DNA of 64,000 bases from Candidatus Heimdallarchaeota archaeon (GCA_021399345.1 JAAFKI010000112.1:32001-96000); one strand, 5' to 3'; positions 54,119 to 64,000 are shown, counted from the stretch's first letter. A program made the numbers and translations. Notes: generated from the sequence alone by a model not told the origin.

Positions 54119-54275
54119 CTCTTTTTTTCATCATTTCTTACTTTTTTAAAACCTCTTGTGAATTTGAAAGCCTTCGAGAGTGTTGCAGATTAAAAGTCCT
54201 TAAGTATGTTCATGCGAATGTCATTAAATATATGCAAGTATCTCATTAAAAAAAGAAAAGTTATGTTTCTAACCG

Positions 54276-54686
54276 TTATTTAAATTTATCGTATTTGAAA
54301 AAGAATTCTAGAAACATTGAACCTTGAATCAGGTCAGGTACTAAAATTAGAACCATTGCCCAGCTACATCCACTTATAGGAGTTGTAAGGGCTAGTATAA
54401 AGTATATTACAGCTGTTAGAAAGAATAGGATTTTAGATATTCCACCAACTAGCGCTAGGCTTCGTGCCTTTGGAAGATCCTTCATTGCTAAGAAGTATGC
54501 TATTGCAAGTCCAAAGACAAGAACTATAACTAGGTGTAGGAAAATCAGGCTTGGAGGATTCTCAATTCCAAAGGCAGGTAGAAAACCTGCAATGAAAATA
54601 GGTAGCAATCCAAAAAGCAATCCTGCGCCAAGGTTATAGAGAACTCCTGAAAGGAACATATACTTATAGTATTTCTCTTTGTCCAT
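54276..54686 (-). CDS. Four-TM membrane protein
   Basis: Four hydrophobic helices. Confidence 0.75.
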   Translation of the reverse strand: MDKEKYYKYMFLSGVLYNLGAGLLFGLLPIFIAGFLPAFGIENPPSLIFLHLVIVLVFGLAIAYFLAMKDLPKARSLALVGGISKILFFLTAVIYFILALTTPISGCSWAMVLILVPDLIQGSMFLEFFFKYDKFK

Positions 54687-54865
54687 TTAGTTTCAAATCC
54701 TGTGTTTATAAGTTAAACACAAAAAATAGGTAATGAGTTGAAAAATTTAAAGTTTTCGTGATTCAGAAGAGATATATATTACAAAGGAATTTTTCGCTCT
54801 TTTTTAAGAAATATGAATCCTAAAAAGTATGAGGGGAGGGGTATGATTATGTCATAACCTTCAAT

Positions 54866-56110
54866 TTAATCACTTGCGGGCATAGTAATTGGAATCTTCT
54901 TTTTATTTTGGTTAAAGCTTGTAGCTTGATTTGATTTGGATTGTTTGCTTCTATCAGTTCTTACTTTGTCGAAACTTAGCCTTTGTATTGGTTTCCTCAT
55001 GAAGTCTTCTATTTTGTTAAGCACTTCCATTTGTTCATTAGTAACTAGTGAAATTGCTTTTCCTTCATTTTCCATTCTTGAAGTCCTTCCTATTCGATGA
55101 ACATATATTTCAGGTCCTTCCCTTGGCAAATCAAAGTTGAAAATATGAGTTACATGTGGAATGTCTAGTCCTCTTGCGGCTACATTTGTGGCTATTAAGC
55201 AATCAATTTTCTTTTCTCTGAAACTTCTCAAGACATACTCTCTTTGACCTTGTGTTTTATCACCATGCAAAGTGTTGAATCTTAAACGCAATCCTCTTTC
55301 TTGAGATAAGCGTTTTTTTAGTTTATCTGCCCATCTCCTTGTATTAACAAAGATAATTGCGGATTTAGGACGTTCCTTTCTGAGTATAGAAACAAATGTG
55401 GAATATTTCTTGTCAGGTTTGACTCTGTAATAATACTGTTGACAGTTTTCTACTGTTAGATCATCCTTGCTAACATTTATCTCAACCAAACTCTCACCAT
55501 TACTAAACTGATGAGCAATTTTTCTTATCTGTTTAAGCATGGTAGCTGAAAAAAGTAATAAGCGAGGATAAACACCTCTCATTGCATCAAAAAGAATGTA
55601 TTGGATATCTGGAAGGAATCCCATATCAAGCATTCTATCAGCCTCGTCAAGTACTACAAACCTTACATCCCTAAAGGAAATAGCTTTTCTTCTGTATAGA
55701 TCCATAAGTCTTCCTGGAGTAGCTATAACAATCTGTGCTCCAGCCTTAATCTCTTTTCTTTGTTTCTCGAGAGAGACTCCACCATATATTTCAACGGCTT
55801 TCAATTTTCTATATTTATTCAATTTAGTAAACACACTGTACACTTGTTTACATAATTCTCTAGTAGGTACTAATACAACAGCTTGAATATATCTATGTTT
55901 AGGATTAATCTGGTTTGTTATTGGAATCGCGAAAGCTAATGTTTTTCCAGTTCCAGTTTTAGCTTGACCAAGGATATGTGTTTTTCCCCTATCAAGAAGT
56001 CTAGGAATCGCTTTACTCTGAATTTTGGTTGGATCATAAATCCCCATATCGTTTAAAGCGAGTTTAATTTGATTATTTAAATCGTAATCTTGAAATTTCA
56101 TTGATACCAC
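54866..56110 (-). CDS. DEAD-box RNA helicase (CsdA/CshA-like)
   Basis: AKTGTGKT, PTREL, TPGR, DEAD, SAT, ARGLD, HRIGRTSR. Confidence 0.95.
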   Translation of the reverse strand: MVSMKFQDYDLNNQIKLALNDMGIYDPTKIQSKAIPRLLDRGKTHILGQAKTGTGKTLAFAIPITNQINPKHRYIQAVVLVPTRELCKQVYSVFTKLNKYRKLKAVEIYGGVSLEKQRKEIKAGAQIVIATPGRLMDLYRRKAISFRDVRFVVLDEADRMLDMGFLPDIQYILFDAMRGVYPRLLLFSATMLKQIRKIAHQFSNGESLVEINVSKDDLTVENCQQYYYRVKPDKKYSTFVSILRKERPKSAIIFVNTRRWADKLKKRLSQERGLRLRFNTLHGDKTQGQREYVLRSFREKKIDCLIATNVAARGLDIPHVTHIFNFDLPREGPEIYVHRIGRTSRMENEGKAISLVTNEQMEVLNKIEDFMRKPIQRLSFDKVRTDRSKQSKSNQATSFNQNKKKIPITMPASD

Positions 56111-56145
56111 TTTTTTGGTTTAACCTAAAATCAAGTATCAATTCC

Positions 56146-56224
56146 TTGAGGCATGATTTTAAGTAATTATTTGGACGTTGAAAAAAACTTAAGCAAATAA
56201 TCACTTATTTCTAATCTTCCTCAA
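56146..56224 (-). promoter_or_regulatory. Long stem-loop in the putative 5' leader of the DEAD-box helicase
   Basis: Minus strand: TTGAGG/CCTCAA, GATT/AATC, and TAAGTGATTATTTG/CAAATAATTACTTA (14 bp, one G-U). TATA-like TTTTAAA near 56249-56255. Confidence 0.55.
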
Positions 56225-56386
56225 CTACAAGAGTTCTTGTTGGCAGTGCTTTAAAAGACTTCGATTGAACAGATTTAAGGGGTGCCTTCTTTTTTTTCTT
56301 CAGTCTTGAAAATTAATTTTCTAGATTAACGAGATGTTGGATAAAATTGATAAAGAAGACTAAGAATGTGTTGAGAAGGTAAAGAA

Positions 56387-57781
56387 ATGAGCAGTGAGGA
56401 ATTAGACGACTTCAGTAATTCAGTGAATAGTGACCAAAGTGTGTCTTCTCGCCAAAAAATCTACATCGGTCTTACTAAATCTGGCTCTGATATGTTTAGT
56501 GTTTTCTTTGCTGGGGCTTTGTTTGGTTTTTATGTTGATATATTACATATGAATCCTCAAAGCTATGGGATTGTTATGATTATTTTTGCCGTTTGGAATG
56601 CAATAAATGACCCTATATTTGGCTATATGTCAGATAAAAAAAGACTGGATAAAAGAGGAAAAAGAACTTTTTTCATCCGTTTATCTACACCAATCTACTT
56701 TATTGGCTATACCATGTTCTGGTTTGCATTTCCTTCATGGTCACAAACTTGGCTTTTCATTTTCCTTCTTATTTCTCTATTTATTTTTGATACTGGGTTA
56801 ACTATAGCTGGTTTGAATATAAGTGCGCTTCAAACCGATCAAACTACAAGTACTAATGAACGAACTAGAATAATGCTAATCTCTATGCTGGTTAGCTTGC
56901 TACCTGTAGGAATAGCTTCACTTGCGCCTAATCTAGTACTAACTTCAACTAAGCTTAGTAATATCGATATGTCATTGATATTTATTGCAGGAGGTATAGT
57001 TGCTGCCTTATTCATGGGTTTTGGGGCATACAAACTAAAAGAACATTCACTTGAAAAAGAAGGTACAGAACCTTTACCTATATTTGCAGCAATTAAAGAA
57101 ACCTTGAAATCAAAATCATTTATTTTCTTCGTTATTTTTTCTTTTATGATGAATGCAGTTACCCTGAATTTAGTTGCTATTATACCTCTGCACTTCAAAT
57201 ATGTATTTATGTTAAATGGAATTGAGGTACTAATCATTAGTGTTGTAACGGGTGTAGTTTATATTCCTTTATTATTTGTTTACGAGAGATTACAGAAGAA
57301 ATATGGACTAAGAAATAGTTTTTTCATAGCTATAATTCTAATGATAATAGGGTGTTTAGGCCTATTTTTCGCTAATTCTATAGTCCTCATGGCTATCTCA
57401 TATGGACTATGTTTATGGATGTCAGCACTTTGGTGGCTTTTAGTAAATCCTATGGTTGGTGACATTGCAGATGAAGATGAACTTAAAACCAATAATAGAA
57501 GAGAGGGAATGTTTTTTGGAACAAATGCACTTATCACAAAACCAGCTTCATCACTCATAATATTCGTTTTTACTGCAATAATCAAGTTTTACGGCTATGA
57601 TTCCCATTTAGATATACAATCTTCTGAAGCTCTATTTGGAATCCGTTTAGGATTAGGTATTCTTCCTCTTGCATTTTTAGTACTTGCTTTCATAGCTCTG
57701 TACTTCTATCCATTGCATGGAAAGAAATTGAAACAAGTTAAATTGAATTTGAATAATCTTCATAGTAAAAGGAAGGTTTAG
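56387..57781 (+). CDS. GPH/MFS_2 glycoside-cation symporter
   Basis: WNAINDPIFGYMSD, ERT, DIADEDE...RREGMFFG, YPL. Confidence 0.9.
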   Translation: MSSEELDDFSNSVNSDQSVSSRQKIYIGLTKSGSDMFSVFFAGALFGFYVDILHMNPQSYGIVMIIFAVWNAINDPIFGYMSDKKRLDKRGKRTFFIRLSTPIYFIGYTMFWFAFPSWSQTWLFIFLLISLFIFDTGLTIAGLNISALQTDQTTSTNERTRIMLISMLVSLLPVGIASLAPNLVLTSTKLSNIDMSLIFIAGGIVAALFMGFGAYKLKEHSLEKEGTEPLPIFAAIKETLKSKSFIFFVIFSFMMNAVTLNLVAIIPLHFKYVFMLNGIEVLIISVVTGVVYIPLLFVYERLQKKYGLRNSFFIAIILMIIGCLGLFFANSIVLMAISYGLCLWMSALWWLLVNPMVGDIADEDELKTNNRREGMFFGTNALITKPASSLIIFVFTAIIKFYGYDSHLDIQSSEALFGIRLGLGILPLAFLVLAFIALYFYPLHGKKLKQVKLNLNNLHSKRKV

Positions 57782-57795
57782 ATCTAATTACTACT

Positions 57796-58134
57796 TCATG
57801 CTTCTAAATTTGAATTTCTCTCTTTCAAAATTTCCAAAGATATCTCTAAAAGAAAGAAATCTTCAAGTTTTATCCAAGAAGTCTTAACAAGAATAGGGAA
57901 CTCGTAAGATGTAAGGGATGTACATTTGTGGTTAGAATATGAGAAAATCTCAGGATGTCCTATTTCTCCACAGAGAAGACAAATTCGCCATCTTGCTGAT
58001 GACATAGAAAGTTTTTGATAAGATTCAGAATAAAGTAATATTCCCTCTTCAAAAGGAATCTTTGACAAAATAGAACAGTATTTTTTAGCGATGGATCTTA
58101 TTAGTTCTTTTTTCCTATCGGTAATGTCCGGCAT
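57796..58134 (-). CDS. Small Zn-binding protein (CxxC...HxC), paralog of 59360-59800
   Basis: MPDITD..K..IR.IAK.Y...IPF.EG..LY...ARW..CL.CG...HKC...FP.L.KTSW.KL..FFL is shared with the paralog. Confidence 0.75.
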   Translation of the reverse strand: MPDITDRKKELIRSIAKKYCSILSKIPFEEGILLYSESYQKLSMSSARWRICLLCGEIGHPEIFSYSNHKCTSLTSYEFPILVKTSWIKLEDFFLLEISLEILKERNSNLEA

Positions 58135-58189
58135 ATTCCATCTCTCTGCATAAGGTGAAAAAAATGAAAGAAGATTCCGGATAGATTAA

Positions 58190-58468
58190 CTATTGTCTGA
58201 AATCTTCAGCTTGAAAAATTCCTAAGGGATAAATACCTTCAGTAGGTAAATTAGGTATCTTATCTATGATTGCTTTAATAGCATCAATATTTTTTGCATC
58301 CCATTGACAGAGAATCTTCATAATGTGACCTTTTTCATTTAAGATTGCCCAACTTTTAACCCAGTAAGCATCAGCAGTACAGAAAGCTTTAACTCCTTGA
58401 CCTATAGGAGTTGCAGCTTCAACAGGAGCTGGTTCTGGGAAAGGGTGTATTGCTAGAAATTTTGGCAT
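58190..58468 (-). CDS. DUF4242/SCO4226-like small protein
   Basis: MPKFLAIH, WVKSW, ILCQWDA; GGAGGT SD site. Confidence 0.65.
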   Translation of the reverse strand: MPKFLAIHPFPEPAPVEAATPIGQGVKAFCTADAYWVKSWAILNEKGHIMKILCQWDAKNIDAIKAIIDKIPNLPTEGIYPLGIFQAEDFRQ

Positions 58469-58556
58469 GTTTTTTAACCTCCTAATTTTATGTTTCGATC
58501 AAATTTTCGTTTTGTTCTTTGGTGAAAAAAAAATGAAAAGGTGATTTTGCATTCTA

Positions 58557-59216
58557 TCATAGTATAGTGAACCAAATGTCGTCAGGTGGTGTTATGAAAT
58601 TGGGAATTGGCCCAGGGAATATACCCATAGGGTTCATCCAATAATATGTAACTAAGTGATATGTACCAGGTTCTAGTGCTCCAGGCTTGAACAAAGCTCC
58701 TACATTAAACCACCATAATATTGGGTCACCATGGATATCAACACCAATACCTTTCTTAAGTGGTGTATATGTCATTTCCAGTGGTTCTCCGTTTAAGGTA
58801 GCAGTGGTAGTAAACCAAGAGAGATACTCCATACATCCTTTGTTGATATTATCATATGTGAAAATAACTCCAAAATAATACCACATAATGAATTGAGCTA
58901 ATTGAAGAACATTTTCAGTTACGTAAATTGCTCCATAAATACCATGAGCATCTTCATAGTTGTAAGTCAATCCATCGTACCATGGAACAATTCTTCCTCC
59001 ATTAAATCTACCATCAAGAATTGCAGGTAATGTTTCTCTTTCAATAACATCGAACTCAGCGTTGAATGTCAAAGAATTTCCACCGTTTAGCATTGCATTG
59101 AAACTAGCTACAACGTCTCCATAAGTAACATAGTCATTTGCAGCAGCAACAGGCAGTAATCCAAAAAGTAGAATGCAAAATCCACTCAGCAAGATTACAG
59201 TTTTTTTCTTATTCAT
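58557..59216 (-). CDS. Secreted hypothetical protein
   Basis: Signal peptide MNKKKTVILLSGFCILLFGLLPVAAA; GGAGGT SD site. Confidence 0.8.
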   Translation of the reverse strand: MNKKKTVILLSGFCILLFGLLPVAAANDYVTYGDVVASFNAMLNGGNSLTFNAEFDVIERETLPAILDGRFNGGRIVPWYDGLTYNYEDAHGIYGAIYVTENVLQLAQFIMWYYFGVIFTYDNINKGCMEYLSWFTTTATLNGEPLEMTYTPLKKGIGVDIHGDPILWWFNVGALFKPGALEPGTYHLVTYYWMNPMGIFPGPIPNFITPPDDIWFTIL

Positions 59217-59254
59217 TTTTTAACCTCCAAATGAATATGCAACATAACAGGACA

Positions 59255-59289
59255 CACATATGTATCTTGTTTTGCCACATACATATGTG
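59255..59289. promoter_or_regulatory. 11-bp inverted repeat (each arm contains palindromic ACATATGT) downstream of a TATA box
   Basis: CACATATGTAT-N13-ATACATATGTG; minus-strand GAAAACTTTTTATATG at about 59318-59303. Confidence 0.6.
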
Positions 59290-59359
59290 ACAAGAATAGA
59301 CGCATATAAAAAGTTTTCTCAAAAAAATTGCGATTCTATAAAAATAAAAGAAAGAAAAA

Positions 59360-59800
59360 TTATACTCGTTCTTTTTCAGTTGCAGGAATCTTCGTTTGTT
59401 CTGATTCCTTTGTTTCCTTTGATATTTTAGTAACCAAGGTCAGTGAGGGGAGTCTATCGATACCTGCTTCCTTCATGAAGTCCTTGTAAGTATCTGTTAA
59501 GAAGAATTCCTTTAGTTTATACCAAGAGGTTTTAATGAGAACCGGAAAATCATGCACGTCTAATAAACATTTGTGCTTTTCTAACTCTTCTCCTTCCTTT
59601 AGATCTTTCTGGGTTTTGGATTTCAGTATATCTCCACATTTTAAGCAGAATTTCCACCTTGCGGGATGTATATTTAACTTTTCATTTGTTTTCACATAGA
59701 GAATCAATCCTTCGTTAAAAGGTATCCTCCAAATAGAGACAGCATATTGTTTTGCTATCTCCCTAATCTGTGATTTTTCAGCATCAGTTATATCTGGCAA
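59360..59800 (-). CDS. Small Zn-binding protein (CxxC...HxC), paralog of 57796-58134
   Basis: Alignment with the paralog places the start at TTG 59800 (PDITD), preceded by GGAG. Confidence 0.75.
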   Translation of the reverse strand: MPDITDAEKSQIREIAKQYAVSIWRIPFNEGLILYVKTNEKLNIHPARWKFCLKCGDILKSKTQKDLKEGEELEKHKCLLDVHDFPVLIKTSWYKLKEFFLTDTYKDFMKEAGIDRLPSLTLVTKISKETKESEQTKIPATEKERV

Positions 59801-59959
59801 TGAAAATCCTACTCCTACGTGTACTAGAATCTGACACATATAATAAATCTTCTGTATAACTTAGGTTTAATGATCTAGTAAGTAAATTATCTCAAATTAT
59901 TGGAAAGTATTATAAAACCTGGTGAGTTAATATTGTGATTAAACAGTTGATAGAGCAAG

Positions 59960-61882
59960 ATGAAAGGAATTTTCGTTAAAGAGTTAGAAGAGATAGAATC
60001 GCTCATAGATAAGGGAAAGTATAACGTGGCTTTAGAGCATATTGATTCAACATCATCTCAGGAAGCAATTTCTGCAGTGGAGAAGACAAAATGTACTATT
60101 TTTAGATATCGGGTATATTCTGAATTAGCTAAGTATGCTGAAGCTATAAAGCTTGGTGAAAAAGCCTTTGAGGAAAGCCAAAAACTAAATAATAAACACC
60201 TAATGTTTGATTCACTCGTATATTTTCCTTACATTTACTTTATTGCTGGAGAATATGAATTGAGAAAGGAAAAAGTTAAACTTGCAGGTCAAATACTTGA
60301 ATCAATTGAAGATAAAGATTCTTCAGATTATTTTCTCAGAAAAGCTATATTTCTAACTATGAAAAGTGATAGTTTTGAACAAGCTATAGAAAATCTTGAA
60401 GAAAGTATTGAAATCTCTAAGAAATTTGGATTTGATAGAATATTAGTTGATTCATACCATACGCAAGCTTGTACTTATCTTTGGTCTGGAGGAATCACAA
60501 AATCTCTTAAACTAAATCAACAAGCATTAGGTCTTGCTGAAGAAATAGATTACTACTGGGGAATCACCAGTGCTATGTTTTCTTTAGCCGTTACCTATTT
60601 GCATAAAGGGGAATTAGAACAAGCCCTGGATTATTTCTTGCAAACAAAAACGCTAATTGAAGAAGGTGATGACTTATATTTTATAGCCTGCTTGTATTTG
60701 GATCTAGGTTATTTATATTGGTTAAAAAGAGATCTTAAATCCTCACTTGATTATTATAAGAAATCTGTTTCCACTTTTAAAGAAGCTAAAGTTGTAAGTA
60801 CACGTCATTTACCATGGACTCTATTCCGAATGAATTTAGTTCTTATTGAAATGGAACATTATGATGAAGCACTCAAGAATATTGAACAGATTGAGCTCTT
60901 ATTCCTAATGAAAGATACTCCTGTTTTCAAACTATTCTACCATCTTGCAAAAGCTGTTTTTCTTAAAACAAAAACAGATGATGATTGTTGGAATGAAGCT
61001 ACACTTCTTCTCGAGGAAGTTGCTGATGAAGAACTTGTTTATCTTGAGTTAAATGGTTTAGTAATCTTCCATCTATGTGATGTATATCTAAAGAAAATAC
61101 AAACTTCAAATGATTTGGATGCATTTGGGAAACTAAAAAATAGGATACAAGAGTTAGCAGAAATGGCTAGAGAGCAAAAATCTGTCATTCTGCTTGTTCA
61201 ATCTCTCTTGTTGCAATCAAAGCTAGAACTAATTGATTTAGACATTGAAAAAAGCCAATCGCTATTAGGAAAAGCACAATCTATTGCAGAGGAAAAAGGA
61301 CTTACTAAACTTGCTAAGGTTGTTTCAAATGAATTTGATATTCTCTTAGATCAATTGAGTACTTGGGAAGATATGTCAACGTATTTACCAAGCTTAGAAG
61401 AAAGGTTTGAATTTACTCATATTGAAAATTATCTAAACAAAATGATGAGAGACTATATTATACATGAAAGCATTGTTGATGAAGAAGAAGCACCAGTATT
61501 TTTCTTACTGCTGAATAAGGAAGGAGTCATTCTGTTTTCTGAGAAATTCAATGAAGTATCTCTGGAAGGTGAATTACTTGGAGAAATATTATCATTTATC
61601 AATAGACTCAATTCAAGATCAATGTTTCCGTCTGAAACAACCAAGAGGATAAAACATAAAAATTATACAGTTGCGATTAATGCTCAAGAAGACATATTTC
61701 TAGTATATGCTTTCATTGGAAAATCTTATCATGCTTTGCAGAGAATAAATTCCCTCATCAAGGAATTTCGCACTTTTACAAGTGGGTGGCAGGAGTTTTT
61801 TGGTAAACTAAAGAACAAGGAAGAGTTGTCTTATTCTGATAGAAAACAATTATCTGAATACCTAGAAGGTGTTTTTTTCTAA
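59960..61882 (+). CDS. TPR protein with C-terminal longin-like domain
   Basis: TPRs (HKGELEQALDYF), linker AEEKGL..L...SNEFD...LPSLEERFE, and FFLLLNKEGVILFSEKF longin-like beta1-beta2. Confidence 0.8.
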   Translation: MKGIFVKELEEIESLIDKGKYNVALEHIDSTSSQEAISAVEKTKCTIFRYRVYSELAKYAEAIKLGEKAFEESQKLNNKHLMFDSLVYFPYIYFIAGEYELRKEKVKLAGQILESIEDKDSSDYFLRKAIFLTMKSDSFEQAIENLEESIEISKKFGFDRILVDSYHTQACTYLWSGGITKSLKLNQQALGLAEEIDYYWGITSAMFSLAVTYLHKGELEQALDYFLQTKTLIEEGDDLYFIACLYLDLGYLYWLKRDLKSSLDYYKKSVSTFKEAKVVSTRHLPWTLFRMNLVLIEMEHYDEALKNIEQIELLFLMKDTPVFKLFYHLAKAVFLKTKTDDDCWNEATLLLEEVADEELVYLELNGLVIFHLCDVYLKKIQTSNDLDAFGKLKNRIQELAEMAREQKSVILLVQSLLLQSKLELIDLDIEKSQSLLGKAQSIAEEKGLTKLAKVVSNEFDILLDQLSTWEDMSTYLPSLEERFEFTHIENYLNKMMRDYIIHESIVDEEEAPVFFLLLNKEGVILFSEKFNEVSLEGELLGEILSFINRLNSRSMFPSETTKRIKHKNYTVAINAQEDIFLVYAFIGKSYHALQRINSLIKEFRTFTSGWQEFFGKLKNKEELSYSDRKQLSEYLEGVFF

Positions 61883-61915
61883 ATATAAAAATAATCAAAA
61901 CGTTATTCCAAGAAA

Positions 61916-64000
61916 TTAAATAAGATATTGTTTAACAAGTGATGATAATTGAATCCTAGTTTCTAAATCGATGTTTTTCTTATTTAGCACAAAATCATTC
62001 AGAGTATTTGTGATGTCAGAATCTGAGAAATAATCCACGAATCGGGTAAATTTCTGTTTAGCTAAAAATGATTTGCCAACAAAAACATAACAGAGGAATA
62101 ATCCTTGAGATTTCGATAAAATACACATAAATTCACGAAATTTAATTCGAATTATAGAAACATCAGTTTCTAATAGTTCTCTTCTTTCTAGAATCTTAGG
62201 ATATAAATCTGAAAATTTGGTTTCCTCTAAAGTTCTAGATGAGAATGAATCTGAAAATTCTATTCTCCCCTCATTATTAAAAATTATAAAGAAAATAGGT
62301 TGTTCTTTTTCGATTATAACATCCGTGTAGTTAACCCATCTAGTCATCACTTTACTCAGAATCTCCTCAATGTGAGTTGTTTCAAAACGTTCTTCCAAAG
62401 AAGGCAAACGATCGGAAAGGTCATCCCAGACATCTAATTGTTCCAGAAGAACATCATATTCGTTAGAAATAAGTATCTCTAGTCTCTTCAATCCTTTTTC
62501 ATTTGCTAGTTTTTGAGCTTCTTCAAGTACATTTAACGAATCTTCAACATTGAACTCTAATATAAATAATTTAGATTGTAAGAAATATAATTCTATTAAT
62601 AATAAGAAGTTTTGATTACTTTCCGCTATATAGGAAAGATTCTTGATATTTTGTTTTAATTCTCCAATTAGTTTCATGTCCTTAGTATCTTTAAATTGTT
62701 CAAGTAAAATATCACAAAGATAAAGGTAGGATTTCTCTGTTGCTTTAAAGAACGAAATTTGATCTTCAATCACTTTTTCAAAAATCTCTTTAGCTTTTGG
62801 TTGATTCTCTTTATTATATCTTAGAAAGATAGCCTGACTAACTTGATAATAAATGGATATCCTCTTATTTGGATTTGACTCATTAAGTTTAGCTAGCTCA
62901 AACAAGTATTCTTCTGCTTTTACAAAATTTCTTTGTTCAGCATAAAATGTAATTAGGTTGAAATAAGCCATCGCAACATGAATAGTACATTCATATTTTT
63001 GTCTAAATTCTAAGCTTTTCTTACTATATTCTATTGCTTGATCCAATTCTCCTTTTTGATAAAAAGTTTCTCCGAGATAGCCGTAAGCATCTCCCAAAGT
63101 AAGAAATTGTTTTGAATCGTGAAAAGCTTCCAGAACAAACTGATAGTTTTCTAGAGCTTCTGAAAGATTTCCATGGTAATAGTTTTTACACCCTCTGAGC
63201 AATTGTCTCCACCCCACATAAGAATCGCTACTTAATCCTTTCTCATAAAGAATAGCCAACTCTTCATATTTTGAGCTATTAATCATGTCTCCACTATGAA
63301 CATAAGCAAAACTCAAATGTATCATTGAATGCCATTTTCTATATTGAGAGGTAGATTCTTTTGCGTATTCTAAGTATTGAAGACCATAATCTATTGCTAT
63401 TTTAAAGAATCCCTTTTCAGTATAAGCATACCTAAAGCAAGCTAAAGATCTCATTATTAGCTCTTTATAATTGAGTTTTTTAGCAAGTAAATGCAATTCT
63501 TGAGATTTCTCTATAGATTTATCAGAATCACCCACATACATCAATGACCAACATAAATCATTCAAAAATTCTGAATAATAGAACTCTTCATTGAAATCTC
63601 TTATTATATTCAGAATTGTTTCTAAATAGTGGTTAAAAAGAGAGAATTGGATATTATACTTATATTGAAATTTTGTTTTTGCTTTTAACAAGATAATACA
63701 TTTATGTCTTACTTCTTTTGATTGCTTTTTTAGCAAGTTTCTTGTTTTTAGTTGTAAAGTTTCAGGAATTTTGGAACTAGAATCCATTAATTCAATAATT
63801 TCTAATTCCATTGGTGGAGCAATATCTTCTAGAAGTTTATTTGTCTCAGCTGTTAATTCATCTCTGTCTCCAAAAAAATCAACTCTATCGATTAGAAGCA
63901 TTCGCAAGATTAATGTTTCAAGCCTTTGAAAAGGGGTTATTCTGTCATTCTCTTCAATTTCTTTTATTAAGATTGAAAAGCTCCTGTGTTTTTCACTAAT
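61916..64000 (-). CDS. TPR protein with C-terminal longin-like domain, 5'-partial
   Basis: Paralog of 59960-61882 (ANEKGL..L...SNEYD...LPSLEERFE). Frame stays open from 63907 to the window edge. Confidence 0.8.
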   Translation of the reverse strand: MSEKHRSFSILIKEIEENDRITPFQRLETLILRMLLIDRVDFFGDRDELTAETNKLLEDIAPPMELEIIELMDSSSKIPETLQLKTRNLLKKQSKEVRHKCIILLKAKTKFQYKYNIQFSLFNHYLETILNIIRDFNEEFYYSEFLNDLCWSLMYVGDSDKSIEKSQELHLLAKKLNYKELIMRSLACFRYAYTEKGFFKIAIDYGLQYLEYAKESTSQYRKWHSMIHLSFAYVHSGDMINSSKYEELAILYEKGLSSDSYVGWRQLLRGCKNYYHGNLSEALENYQFVLEAFHDSKQFLTLGDAYGYLGETFYQKGELDQAIEYSKKSLEFRQKYECTIHVAMAYFNLITFYAEQRNFVKAEEYLFELAKLNESNPNKRISIYYQVSQAIFLRYNKENQPKAKEIFEKVIEDQISFFKATEKSYLYLCDILLEQFKDTKDMKLIGELKQNIKNLSYIAESNQNFLLLIELYFLQSKLFILEFNVEDSLNVLEEAQKLANEKGLKRLEILISNEYDVLLEQLDVWDDLSDRLPSLEERFETTHIEEILSKVMTRWVNYTDVIIEKEQPIFFIIFNNEGRIEFSDSFSSRTLEETKFSDLYPKILERRELLETDVSIIRIKFREFMCILSKSQGLFLCYVFVGKSFLAKQKFTRFVDYFSDSDITNTLNDFVLNKKNIDLETRIQLSSLVKQYLI

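Overview
AT-rich archaeal DNA, most consistent with an Asgard archaeon (Heimdallarchaeia-like). That assignment is an inference from a Rab-like GTPase, a RING-finger membrane protein, TPR+longin-like proteins, an EMC6/RAB5IF-like membrane protein, and archaeal fni/RqcH/TFS/AIP synthase. About 1-34 kb is mostly core-like: isoprenoid/lipid genes, an RqcH-CBS-Mut7C-AMMECR1 operon, a coiled-coil+Rab operon, a Dpp ABC transporter split by a cyclin/TFB-fold-like gene, a tandem coiled-coil/winged-helix gene pair, gdhA next to a PEP-synthase-like protein, and a Hef-like helicase. About 34-64 kb is an accessory mosaic: GH2, GH3, KstD, SDR, flavodoxins, secreted proteins, several gene relics, and a TPR-longin / Zn-finger paralog module. 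I saw no tRNA, rRNA, CRISPR array or transposase. The best-supported signal outside the ORF track is a dual-guide box C/D sRNA at 757-814. Both of its guides match the conserved H69-H71 region of 23S rRNA, and one points at the A1913-equivalent, which is 2'-O-methylated in eukaryotes. All family assignments come from motifs recognised by eye; no database search was run.
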